From NCBI GenBank assembly GCA_033723415.1, contig JAWVXD010000004.1:32001-96000 (forward strand): a stretch of 64,000 nt of DNA, read 5' to 3'. The position numbers and the translations under genes are program-made. Source of the stretch: Sulfurospirillaceae bacterium. GTDB lineage: Bacteria > Campylobacterota > Campylobacteria > Campylobacterales > Sulfurospirillaceae. Positions within the stretch are counted from its first letter, which is position 1. Every line of letters starts with the position of its first letter. Positions 32,930 to 42,545 of the stretch are shown piece by piece. A model generated the notes under the pieces. The model was not told where the DNA came from, did not search any database, and saw only the letters and a list, made by a program, of their open reading frames with translations.

Positions 32930-33400
32930 GTTAAATCTTTCAATAAATATAAAATATTTCTTATTTTAATAACAAACAATATAAGTTTATATTTCTTTTA
33001 GTTAGGATATTTTTTTATTTTTTTGTTTACATTTTGACTCTATACAAATGGCTTTTATCAATCTTTTTATAAAGATTCAAAAGAAGTGTATAGTATATTG
33101 TTATATAAAATATTATTATAAAATATCATGCTATAAATGCCCATGTTTTACAATGCTACATATTGTAACAAAATCGAAAATTTAATAAATTTCGTCTATT
33201 TTGAAAAATAAAACAAAATAAGTCCTATTTTTCAATTTTGGCTTTGATTATTTTCATATAAACTGTAAAGCAATATAAAATATTTCAAAAAAAAATATTT
33301 CACACTATAATGTTTACTTAAGTTAAATAATGACAAAATTGTAATGTTTTAAATACTGTTTAAATTCTTAATAGTATTTAGTATTTGAAAGGAGTTATAA

Positions 33401-34774
33401 TTGAAGGAAAATAAAATAGACGAAAAATCTTCTTACTCTGCCTCTGAAAAACAATTAGTTCAAGAAGTTGGTAGAGATCTTGAAGAAATTCCTAAAAAGA
33501 GCAGAAGAGACTTTTTAAAAAAAGGCTTTTTCTTTTCTGTAACGGCAGCTGCTGCTTTAGGTGGAGTTGGTGCTTCCAAGTTGTATGCTGAGGATCATGT
33601 AAATCCAAAAAATTTGCCACCTAATAATCCTGAATGGGGATTAAAATGGGGAAGAGATATAAATGCAAATCCTTATGGCGTTCCATCAAAATTTGAAAAA
33701 AATGTCGTAAGAAGGATGGTTCCATGGCTGACTGCTGATAAAAAAGCGTCTGTTAGCTTTACTCCTTGGCAAGATCTAAAAGGTATCATAGTACCAAACG
33801 GTCTCCATTTCACTAGATGTCATGGCGGCGTTATAGATATTAATCCATTAGAATGGAGACTTCTCATCCACGGTCTTGTAGATAAAGAAGTTGTTCTTAC
33901 TCTAGAAGATTTGAAAAGATACCCTAGTATAAGCGTAATTCACTCGTTTGAATGTGCTGCAAACAACGGTATGGAATGGAGAGGACCTGGAATCAATTCT
34001 CTTCAAGCAACTCACGGAATGTTAAGTTGTTCAGAATGGACAGGTGTACCGTTAAAGGTTATTCTAGAAGATATAGGTTTGAAGCCAAATGCCAAATGGA
34101 TGTTCCCTGAAGGTTCAGATCCGGCAGGTGTCGGTAGAAGTATACCTATCGAGAAAGTTCTGGATGATGCGATGTTAGTTTATGCAATGAACGGTGAAGC
34201 ATTAAGACCGGAACAAGGTTATCCTGTGAGATTATTCCTCCCTGGTTGGGAAGGCGTTATGCAGGTAAAATGGCTAAAAAGATTGAAATTTGACGATAAG
34301 TCATGGATGGTAAGAGAAGAAAGTACAAAATATACCATGTTGGAAACAGACGGACACGCTTTGATGTACAACTGGTCTATGGAAGCCAACTCTGTTATTA
34401 CTTTCCCATGTCCTGAGAGAACTCTCAAAGATGTCAAAAAAGGCACTTTGATGATTGAAGGAATCGCTTGGTCAGGTAAAGGAACAATCACTCATGTTGA
34501 TATTTCAACTGATGGTGGTATTAACTGGAAACCGGCTAAATTCACAAGTATAGTATTACCAAAAGCTGTCACAAGATTTGCTGCGGAGATCAAATGGGAC
34601 GGAAAACCAATGATGCTACAAAGTAGAGCAACCGATGATACCGGTTATACTCAACCGACAGCTACTCAACTAGTTGCAGCCAGAGGTAGAGAGGCTGTTT
34701 ACCATAGAAATGCTATCCAAACCTGGGAAGTAAAAAGTAACGGGGAGGTAAACGATGTACAAATCTATTCTTAA
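33401..34774 (+). CDS. soxC: Sulfane dehydrogenase molybdoprotein SoxC
   Basis: Tat motif SRRDFLK; Mo-ligating Cys (FECAAN); EQGYPVRL; TTG start with AAGGAG SD. Confidence 0.95.
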   Translation: MKENKIDEKSSYSASEKQLVQEVGRDLEEIPKKSRRDFLKKGFFFSVTAAAALGGVGASKLYAEDHVNPKNLPPNNPEWGLKWGRDINANPYGVPSKFEKNVVRRMVPWLTADKKASVSFTPWQDLKGIIVPNGLHFTRCHGGVIDINPLEWRLLIHGLVDKEVVLTLEDLKRYPSISVIHSFECAANNGMEWRGPGINSLQATHGMLSCSEWTGVPLKVILEDIGLKPNAKWMFPEGSDPAGVGRSIPIEKVLDDAMLVYAMNGEALRPEQGYPVRLFLPGWEGVMQVKWLKRLKFDDKSWMVREESTKYTMLETDGHALMYNWSMEANSVITFPCPERTLKDVKKGTLMIEGIAWSGKGTITHVDISTDGGINWKPAKFTSIVLPKAVTRFAAEIKWDGKPMMLQSRATDDTGYTQPTATQLVAARGREAVYHRNAIQTWEVKSNGEVNDVQIYS

Positions 34775-35873
34775 TTTTCTATTCTTACTAAGTTCGGTAG
34801 CATTTGTCTCATCAATCAATGCACAAACATTGAGTTATACTCCTGCTAATCCGGATAAATATCCGTTTCCTGATGTGACCACTAACAAAAAAGGTCAAAA
34901 AATTGGAATTGACGGCGCTATCATCTTAAAACCAGTAGTCAAAGTCAACTCAGTTTATAAATCTCAATTTAGCGGCAAAAACTTTGCTTTAGGTACAAAA
35001 GCTACAAAAGAACAAGTAAAAGCTTGGAACACTGATGTAAGACCTGATGGTAAAGGTTTACCGGATGGATCTATGACAGTCGCTAAAGGTGCTGCAGTAT
35101 TTCAAGCAAAATGTGCATCATGTCATGGAGATTTCGGTGAAGGCGTTGACAGATTCCCAGTCCTAGCAGGAGGGATCGGAACTTTAAAACTTCATCCAAA
35201 AACCGGCGGTGATCCGGGTCCTCTAAAGACTATAGGAAGTTACCTACCATACATAGCTCCGCTTTATTGGTATGTACAAACAGCTATGCCTCTATCGGCT
35301 CCTAAATCTTTAAGCAATAGCGAAGTTTATGGGATACTTGGGTATATATTACAGTTAAATGAAATTCAAGTAAACGGTAAAGACATAGAAGACAGTACAG
35401 TCATAGATAGAAAGTTTATAAAAGCTGTACACTTGCCAAATGAGAAAGGTTTTGAGTATAATAATCTAAGAAAACCGGATACTCACAACACAAGATGTAT
35501 GAAGAACTGCATAAACCCATCTAAGATGACTGTAATGCACATCAAAACAGATGCAACACAAGTTGATCCCGGATTTGGTAACGGAAGATACTATTTCCCG
35601 GATAATACAAAAAAAGCAAAAGAATCAGCAAACGATATAGGAAAAAAAGTGTATGAAAATACATGTGCTGGATGCCACTCTTCGGGGATAGCAGGCGCTC
35701 CTGTATTTGGTGACAAAAAAGCATGGGCTAAAGTTTTAAAACTTGATATGAAGACAATCTTTTCACATGCTATCAACGGCTTCAATGCTATGCCGGCAAA
35801 AGGAGGAGATGCATCGCTTAGTAACAAACAAGTCGAAGATGCAGTCAAGTATATGATAGACAAAAGTAAATAA
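34755..35873 (+). CDS. soxD: Sulfane dehydrogenase dihaem cytochrome c SoxD
   Basis: Two CxxCH (CASCH, CAGCH); DVRPDGKGLP; follows soxC. Confidence 0.92.
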   Translation: MYKSILNFLFLLSSVAFVSSINAQTLSYTPANPDKYPFPDVTTNKKGQKIGIDGAIILKPVVKVNSVYKSQFSGKNFALGTKATKEQVKAWNTDVRPDGKGLPDGSMTVAKGAAVFQAKCASCHGDFGEGVDRFPVLAGGIGTLKLHPKTGGDPGPLKTIGSYLPYIAPLYWYVQTAMPLSAPKSLSNSEVYGILGYILQLNEIQVNGKDIEDSTVIDRKFIKAVHLPNEKGFEYNNLRKPDTHNTRCMKNCINPSKMTVMHIKTDATQVDPGFGNGRYYFPDNTKKAKESANDIGKKVYENTCAGCHSSGIAGAPVFGDKKAWAKVLKLDMKTIFSHAINGFNAMPAKGGDASLSNKQVEDAVKYMIDKSK

Positions 35874-35891
35874 ACTTAAAAGGGAGATAAA

Positions 35892-36260
35892 ATGGATTTT
35901 GTAAAGAAAATTGCAGCAGTTGCTATTATTTCAACTATGTTTTCAACTGCTATTTTTGCAGCAGATCAAAATGCGATGGTAAAAGAAGGTCGTAAGGTTT
36001 TTGTAACTAAAAAATTGGGAAATTGTTTGGCTTGCCACACAGTACAAGGAGATCCAAGTATACCACAGGCTGGCGATATTGGTCCAAAACTTGCAAATCT
36101 AGATACTTACCCTAAACAGTATCTGTTTGATAAGATTTGGGATCCAAATAAAACAGTTCCAAATTCAGTAATGCCACCTATGGGTAGAAGTCACAAGATC
36201 ACAAAAGAGCAAGTAAACGCTTTGGTTGCGTATTTACAAGCTGTAACTAAAACAAAATAA
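35892..36260 (+). CDS. soxX: SoxX cytochrome c
   Basis: GNCLACH, GDIGP, SVMPP. Confidence 0.93.
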   Translation: MDFVKKIAAVAIISTMFSTAIFAADQNAMVKEGRKVFVTKKLGNCLACHTVQGDPSIPQAGDIGPKLANLDTYPKQYLFDKIWDPNKTVPNSVMPPMGRSHKITKEQVNALVAYLQAVTKTK

Positions 36261-36270
36261 GGAGAAATAT

Positions 36271-36726
36271 ATGGAAAGAAGAAAATTTATAGGGCTTGGA
36301 ATTTCAGCGGTAGCAGTAGCTGCAATACAAACTGTTTCTAAGGCAGATTTATTAAAAGATCATTCAAAAGCATTCACTGATACAACAACAGACAGTGCTC
36401 TAAAAGATTTATACGGTACATCAACAACAACAAAAGATGATAAAGTTGAATTGAAAGTTCCTGATATTGCCGAAAATGGTGCTGCTGTGCCTATTACGGT
36501 TTCAACAACAATTCCTAACCCAAAGACTATGTCAGTAATCATAGACGGAAATCCAAGACCACTTGCTGTTGCTTGGGAAATACCTGAGGGAACATTGCCT
36601 GAATTCTCAACAAGAATTAAAATGAGAAAAACAGGTAAGGTAATCTTGGTAGTTGAAGATACAAACGGAAAATTATATTCTATGACAAAACAAGTCAAAG
36701 TTACTGTCGGTGGTTGTGGTGGTTGA
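36271..36726 (+). CDS. soxY: Sulfur carrier SoxY
   Basis: Tat signal; PDIAENGAAVP; C-terminal VTVGGCGG. Confidence 0.97.
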   Translation: MERRKFIGLGISAVAVAAIQTVSKADLLKDHSKAFTDTTTDSALKDLYGTSTTTKDDKVELKVPDIAENGAAVPITVSTTIPNPKTMSVIIDGNPRPLAVAWEIPEGTLPEFSTRIKMRKTGKVILVVEDTNGKLYSMTKQVKVTVGGCGG

Positions 36727-36777
36727 TACCAACACTAATCAAGCAAAACATTAATTAAAAAATAAAAGGAAAATAAT

Positions 36778-37074
36778 ATGGGAATAAAAGCGATAGCAAA
36801 AGCAAGAAATGATGTAGCAACAGTTAAATTGCTAGTAAAACATCCAATGACACCGGGTTCGATAGCCGGAGGCAAAAAGCCGCCAAAATATATAACTCAT
36901 CTAACAGCAAAAGCTGGTTCTAGATTAGTTTATGATATGTATCCAACATCTGCAATTTCAAAAAATCCTTATATAAAATTTGCTTACAAAGGAGCAAAAA
37001 AGGGCGATGTAGTTACTGTTGAGTGGGTAGATAATACAGGAGCAACAGAGAAGGCAGATATCAAATTAAAGTAA
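36778..37074 (+). CDS. soxZ: SoxZ
   Basis: KHPMTPG, ISKNPY, WVDNTG. Confidence 0.95.
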   Translation: MGIKAIAKARNDVATVKLLVKHPMTPGSIAGGKKPPKYITHLTAKAGSRLVYDMYPTSAISKNPYIKFAYKGAKKGDVVTVEWVDNTGATEKADIKLK

Positions 37075-37107
37075 AAAATTTATTTTACTAATAACAAGGA
37101 GAACAGT

Positions 37108-38016
37108 ATGTTAAATAAACTAATAAAAATTGCTGCCATTTTCATGATCAGCAGTACCATTGTGTTTGCAGCAAGTTTTAATGCTCAAGCAGAAAAGGAT
37201 AGAATTGCATTTGTAAACTACTTTTTAAAGAAATTTGAAAATCCTGTTGCAAATCAAGCAAAATATTTTCCTAATGTATCAAAAAAAGAACTTGAAACGG
37301 ATTATATATATCCACTGAAGTTTCAAGATTTTCAAGATGGGCCTATGAGTTGGTACAAACCTGCTAGAGAGCAATTTGCTGAAATAAACGCATTTCCTCC
37401 TTATGAGATTCCTCTTGATGATGGAGAAGCTTTGTTCAAAAAGCCTTTTGCAAACGGAAAAACTTACTCAAGTTGTTTCCCTGATCCGGCAATAAAACAA
37501 AACTACCCATACTATGATACAAAAAGAGATGAAATAGTTACAATCGGTATGGCTGTAAATGAGTGTAGAGTAAAAAATGGTGAAAAACCATTGAAATACG
37601 GTAAAGGTGACCTAGCAAAAGTTGTTGCTTATATCGCATATAAATCTAGAGGCAAGAAGATCAATATTAAGATCCCTAATGAAAAAGCTGCTCAAGCATA
37701 TGAAGCAGGTAAAAAACTTTTTTATAAACAAAGAGGATACCTATCTATCAGCTGTAACGAATGTCACGTTCTAAGCTCAGGAAAAAGAATCAGAGCTGAA
37801 GCTTTAAGCCCGGCACTTGGTTCAACTACAGAAATGCCTGTGTATAGACTAAAATGGGGTGGACTTGGAACACTTCAAAGAAGATTGGCAGGATGTGTGA
37901 AAGATACAGGAAGTGAACAACCAAAACTACAAAGCAAGCCTTTAAAAGAGTTAGAGTACTTCTTGACATATATGTCAAACGGTATGAAGCTTTATGGCCC
38001 AGATACAAGAAAGTAA
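37108..38016 (+). CDS. soxA: SoxA (single CxxCH)
   Basis: One CNECH; active-site QRRLAGC; degenerate first site YSSCF. Confidence 0.94.
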   Translation: MLNKLIKIAAIFMISSTIVFAASFNAQAEKDRIAFVNYFLKKFENPVANQAKYFPNVSKKELETDYIYPLKFQDFQDGPMSWYKPAREQFAEINAFPPYEIPLDDGEALFKKPFANGKTYSSCFPDPAIKQNYPYYDTKRDEIVTIGMAVNECRVKNGEKPLKYGKGDLAKVVAYIAYKSRGKKINIKIPNEKAAQAYEAGKKLFYKQRGYLSISCNECHVLSSGKRIRAEALSPALGSTTEMPVYRLKWGGLGTLQRRLAGCVKDTGSEQPKLQSKPLKELEYFLTYMSNGMKLYGPDTRK

Positions 38017-38026
38017 AGGATAAAAC

Positions 38027-38335
38027 ATGAAAAAATTACTTTTAACAAGTACTATTGCAATTGCGTTTTTAACTGGTTGTGCTATGACAAATCCAAGTGC
38101 TTCAAATGATTTAGATTCAGTGATCGCTAGTGCTCAAATGAAATATGATAAAGCACATAAAGAGATGGTCGCTTGGGGTAAAACTAAATCTATCCTAGAA
38201 GAAGCAAAAAAATTGGCGAAAACATCTCCTGAAAAAGCGATGAAATTAGCAAAAGAAGCAGAATATCAAGCAAACACTGCATTGGAACAATCTGCTGAGT
38301 ATGAGAAAACTTGGAAGCAAGAAGTACCACAATAA
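38027..38335 (+). CDS. Lipoprotein, probable SoxAX-binding protein SoxK
   Basis: Lipobox LTGC; A-W-G-K-T..L..A helical pattern; lies between soxA and soxB. Confidence 0.65.
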   Translation: MKKLLLTSTIAIAFLTGCAMTNPSASNDLDSVIASAQMKYDKAHKEMVAWGKTKSILEEAKKLAKTSPEKAMKLAKEAEYQANTALEQSAEYEKTWKQEVPQ

Positions 38336-38347
38336 CAAAGGACAAAA

Positions 38348-40126
38348 ATGAGTTCATTAAATAGAAGAGAATTTTTATACATGATGTCAATCTTGGGATC
38401 ATCCCAACTATTTGCAAAGTCACATGAAAAGCTTAGTGATTTTAATAGTCTGGAAGATTACTACAAACTTAAAAATTTTGGTAATGCCAGATTTATGCAT
38501 ATGACTGACTCTCATGCTCAACTATTGCCAGTACACTTCAGAGAACCTAGTGTAAACCTTGGATTTGACTCAAACTTTGGGAAACCTCCTCACATAGTGG
38601 GGAGTCACTTTTTAAAGCATTACGGCATCAAAGCAAATTCAAGAGCAGCCTTTGCCATGACTTGTGTAAACTATGTAGAAAATGCTCATAGATTTCACAG
38701 AATAGGCGGTTTTGCTCACATAAAAACCTTGACTGACCACCTAAGAGGCAGTTTCGGCAAAGATAAAACACTATTTTTAGACGGTGGCGATACTTGGCAA
38801 GGAAGCGCAACTTCTCTTTACACTAGAGGTAAAGATATGGTTGGAGCTATAAATCTGCTAGGTGTTGATGTTTGTACAGGTCACTGGGAATTTACTTACA
38901 AAGAAAAAGAAATTTTAGAAAACATCAAATCCCTAACTTCTGACTTCGTAGCACAAAACGTATTTGTCAAAGAAGAATCTTTGATGAACGGTGTTGCCGC
39001 TTATGACGAAGATAGCGGAAGAGCATTTAGACCATATGTCATGAAGAAGATGGGAGATCACAGAGTAGCTGTCATAGGACAGGCATTCCCATATACTACC
39101 ATAGCAAATCCTCAAAGATTCATACCTGATTGGTCATTTGGTATTAAACCTGATGAGATGCAACAATTGGTTTATGACATTAGAACAAAAGAAAAACCTG
39201 ACGCTGTTATCGTACTTTCACACAATGGATTTGATGTTGACAAAAAGATGGCAGAAGTTGTTAGCGGTATAGACTTCATCATGGGTGGTCATACACATGA
39301 CGCAGTTCCTGAAGCTGTTCCTGTCAAAAACAAAGCAGGCGTTACACATGTCATCAACTCAGGTTCAAACGGTAAATTCATCGGTGTCTTAGATATAGAT
39401 ATCAAAGGCAAAAAAGTCAGTGACTTTAGATTTACCCTTTTACCTGTCTTTTCAGATCTTTTACCGGAAGATCCAAAAATGAAAAAGTACATAGATGATG
39501 TAAGAGCTCCTTATTTGGCAAAGCTTACTAAGCCTCTTGCTACAACCGATGAGCTTCTTTACAGAAGAGGAAACTTTAACGGAACATTTGATCAAATCAT
39601 ATGTGATGCTCTTAGAGAAGTCAAAGGTGCAGATATCTCTATGTCTCCTGGCTTTAGATGGGGAACTTCCGTGTTACCGGGCGAAGCTATCACATTTGAT
39701 GATTTGATGAATCATACTTCTATGACTTATCCTGAGACTTATACCAGAGAAGTCAAAGGTAAAGACTTGCATGCTATATTGGAAGATGTTGCAGATAACC
39801 TCTTTAACAAAGATCCATTTTTACAGCAAGGTGGAGATATGGTACGTACAGGCGGTCTTTCATATACGATAGATCCGATAAAAACCATCGGTCACAGAAT
39901 CACAAATCTTCAACTAAGTTCAGGTCACAAGATTGAAGCGAACAAGAGCTACAAACTTGCCGGCTGGTCAACAGTTGGAAGTGCATCTACGGGTGAGCCT
40001 GTTTGGGACACAGTCACAAAATATCTAGAAGATCACAAGCATATCAAAAACTTGAAGTTAGAGACTCCTGATATAATAGGCGTCAAAAACAATCCGGGTA
40101 TTGATCTCGCTCTTTACAATAAATAA
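38348..40126 (+). CDS. soxB: Thiosulfohydrolase SoxB
   Basis: Tat RREF; TDSHAQL, DGGDTWQGS, GHWEF, GGHTHD, PGFRWG, QGGDMVR. Confidence 0.97.
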   Translation: MSSLNRREFLYMMSILGSSQLFAKSHEKLSDFNSLEDYYKLKNFGNARFMHMTDSHAQLLPVHFREPSVNLGFDSNFGKPPHIVGSHFLKHYGIKANSRAAFAMTCVNYVENAHRFHRIGGFAHIKTLTDHLRGSFGKDKTLFLDGGDTWQGSATSLYTRGKDMVGAINLLGVDVCTGHWEFTYKEKEILENIKSLTSDFVAQNVFVKEESLMNGVAAYDEDSGRAFRPYVMKKMGDHRVAVIGQAFPYTTIANPQRFIPDWSFGIKPDEMQQLVYDIRTKEKPDAVIVLSHNGFDVDKKMAEVVSGIDFIMGGHTHDAVPEAVPVKNKAGVTHVINSGSNGKFIGVLDIDIKGKKVSDFRFTLLPVFSDLLPEDPKMKKYIDDVRAPYLAKLTKPLATTDELLYRRGNFNGTFDQIICDALREVKGADISMSPGFRWGTSVLPGEAITFDDLMNHTSMTYPETYTREVKGKDLHAILEDVADNLFNKDPFLQQGGDMVRTGGLSYTIDPIKTIGHRITNLQLSSGHKIEANKSYKLAGWSTVGSASTGEPVWDTVTKYLEDHKHIKNLKLETPDIIGVKNNPGIDLALYNK

Positions 40127-40130
40127 AAAA

Positions 40131-40159
40131 TCTTAGCAAGAGTACATCTCTTGCTAAGA
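40131..40159. terminator. Strong hairpin after soxB (terminator or mRNA stabiliser)
   Basis: Perfect 12-bp IR TCTTAGCAAGAG-TACAT-CTCTTGCTAAGA. Confidence 0.7.
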
Positions 40160-40181
40160 CTACTTTCACTATAGGAAAATT

Positions 40182-41093
40182 ATGAAAAAAAGTATATTAG
40201 TCTTGGTTTTACCAATTTTTTTATTTGCAAATTTTTTTGATTTCAAACCATTGAAGATCACAAAAGACATAAGCTGTTTTATAGGTGATTTTAATCCACC
40301 TCTAAAATCAAATAAAGGTTTTGTATCAAATGTATGTTATGTAGATATGGGGAAATTTCTTGTTCTTCTCGATGCGGGTGCCACTTACAATTTTGCCAAA
40401 GAACTCGATGCATTTATAGAAAAATCTACAAATAAAAAAATCAAATACGTAGTCATCACAAACTATCATGACGACAGACTGCTTGGTGCTTCTTACTTCA
40501 AAGCAAAAGGCGTGAAGATCATAGCTGCCAGTAACGTACCCGAACTCATAAAAAAACACAAAGATTCATATGATAGAATCTTGAAGCACCAGCCTAAAGA
40601 TTTACTAAAAGGCACAAAAATCGTAAATCCTGATATTTTAGTCGATACAAAATACGAGATCAAGGGAGACAAGAAGTCTTTGTTCGTACTCAAACCATCC
40701 AAAGCAACACAATCACCTGCAGATATCTTGGTTTACAGCCCAAATGACAGTTTTATTTTTGCCGGCAACACTATATTTAACGGACGATTTATCAACTACG
40801 CTAGCAACAGCTCGATGGACGGATGGATCAAAGCTCTAAATTTCATCAAAAATAAAAAAGCAAAGTACGTCATGGGTGGACACGGCAGAGAATATGACAA
40901 AAACTCATATAAGCTAACTCTTGATTACTTGCTGATGCTAAAAAAACAAGTTAAAATTGCCTATGATAAGGACATCGATCCTGCAGATCTAGACAAAAAT
41001 ATACATACGGATATATATAAAAATATTCCACATTATGACGAATTACACATCAGAAATGCTAGAAATTATTTTGATCAATTAGAATGGCAATAA
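40182..41093 (+). CDS. SoxH-like MBL-fold protein
   Basis: Signal peptide; TNYHDDRLLG degenerate MBL motif; GGHG; C-terminal LEW; sox context. Confidence 0.8.
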   Translation: MKKSILVLVLPIFLFANFFDFKPLKITKDISCFIGDFNPPLKSNKGFVSNVCYVDMGKFLVLLDAGATYNFAKELDAFIEKSTNKKIKYVVITNYHDDRLLGASYFKAKGVKIIAASNVPELIKKHKDSYDRILKHQPKDLLKGTKIVNPDILVDTKYEIKGDKKSLFVLKPSKATQSPADILVYSPNDSFIFAGNTIFNGRFINYASNSSMDGWIKALNFIKNKKAKYVMGGHGREYDKNSYKLTLDYLLMLKKQVKIAYDKDIDPADLDKNIHTDIYKNIPHYDELHIRNARNYFDQLEWQ

Positions 41094-41103
41094 GGAAAAG
41101 ATC

Positions 41104-41544
41104 ATGAAAAAATTATTACTTATCTTACTTATAGGAACTTTTGCTTTTGCAAAGGTAGATTATGCCGAAAAAGCACCCACTTTCGACAATCCTAGAAACT
41201 GGTTGATCCGGGTAAACAACAGTAATACAGAAAAAGTGAACCATATCTTAAATGCCGTAAACAATGTGCTAAAAGGTTACCCTGAGGAAGCATTGCACAT
41301 AGAAATAGTATTTTACGCAAACGGCATAAGAGCAGTAAGAAAAGACTACAATAAAGAGATCTTAAAAAGAATCAAATCTTTAATGCTGTATGATACTATA
41401 AGATTCGTAGTATGCAAAAATACTATGGATACTATGAATTGGCACAAAAAAGACTTTATTAGCGGTGTTGATTATGTCCAGATCGGTATAGCAGAAGCGA
41501 TTGAGCGAGTTGCCGATGGCTGGATAGATGTTTCTCCATACTAA
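41104..41544 (+). CDS. Exported DsrE-family protein
   Basis: Signal peptide; IEIVFYANG, VVCKNTM, GIAEAIER..DGW. Confidence 0.8.
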   Translation: MKKLLLILLIGTFAFAKVDYAEKAPTFDNPRNWLIRVNNSNTEKVNHILNAVNNVLKGYPEEALHIEIVFYANGIRAVRKDYNKEILKRIKSLMLYDTIRFVVCKNTMDTMNWHKKDFISGVDYVQIGIAEAIERVADGWIDVSPY

Positions 41545-41557
41545 GACTGGATAGAGT

Positions 41558-42370
41558 ATGAAAAAAGTATTGATCTTTGTAGTTTTATTTATATTGTCGC
41601 TGAGTTTAAACGCAGATTATAAGACAGGCAAAGAGATATTTGCCAAAAAATGCGCTTCTTGTCATACAGGATATATCCCAGGTAAGATACTAGAAGAAAA
41701 TTTTTACAAAAAAAACAACAAATTGCTAAATCTTACGGCACCTACGGTCAATATGATCGCATATGCCATGAAAGACAGCCCTACGCATATAGGTGATAAA
41801 AGCGATCCTGACATGCAAAAGATCGAGATGAACTCATACCTGCAAGATTATCTTTATCATCCAAACAGAAACAACAGTATATGCGACAAAAGCTTCTTGA
41901 AATACTACGCGATCAAAAAGAGTATGAAAGGGCAAGTGAGTGAAGATGAGATAGCGCAGATCACAGACTATTTGTTTGATTATAAAAAGATGAGACTGTT
42001 AGAGCATCCAAAAGCTAAAAAGGTAGTTTCAGGTGAGCTAGACACCAAGGCTCTTTTAAAAAAAGCAAAAGACGAGAATAAGACTATCATCATAGAAGCG
42101 ATGTCTCAAACTTGCCACTTTTGTCAAACCATGAAAGCAGATGTTTTATCTAAAAAAATTGTGCAAGATGCGATAAAAAAAGACTTTATATTTGTGCAAA
42201 TAGACATAGACAAAACAAAACTGCCATTTGATCTTACCAAAAAATATCAAAAGATCACACCTTCTTTCTTTACTCTCACACCTGATGGAAAGTTCTTGAA
42301 CTCTTATCCCGGAGCTTGGAAAACTGACGATTTTTTAGAGATACTAAAAGAAAATAAAAACCTACGATAA
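41558..42370 (+). CDS. Cytochrome c - thioredoxin (SoxW-like) fusion
   Basis: N-terminal CASCH; C-terminal CHFC and TPSFF thioredoxin fold. Confidence 0.82.
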   Translation: MKKVLIFVVLFILSLSLNADYKTGKEIFAKKCASCHTGYIPGKILEENFYKKNNKLLNLTAPTVNMIAYAMKDSPTHIGDKSDPDMQKIEMNSYLQDYLYHPNRNNSICDKSFLKYYAIKKSMKGQVSEDEIAQITDYLFDYKKMRLLEHPKAKKVVSGELDTKALLKKAKDENKTIIIEAMSQTCHFCQTMKADVLSKKIVQDAIKKDFIFVQIDIDKTKLPFDLTKKYQKITPSFFTLTPDGKFLNSYPGAWKTDDFLEILKENKNLR

Positions 42371-42545
42371 AGATTTGGCTGCATTAGCCGATCTTTATCA
42401 GCAAATATTTATAATTTTCAGATAATATTACAAAATAACTTGCATAATGCTCAAGGTTTGAGCCGACATCAGCTGCATAAAACTTCTTTCATGCAAACTC
42501 ATTGTCCCCACTTACAAAATGCAAAATACCTTCAAGGAAACCATT

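Noticed and set aside
42447..42545. Upstream ATG-CTC-AAG-GTT-TGA in frame with the transglutaminase gene (possible Sec readthrough near selC)
   Set aside because: No SD at this ATG; the extension would precede a Tat signal; the downstream ATG at 42546 has a good SD; no homology support
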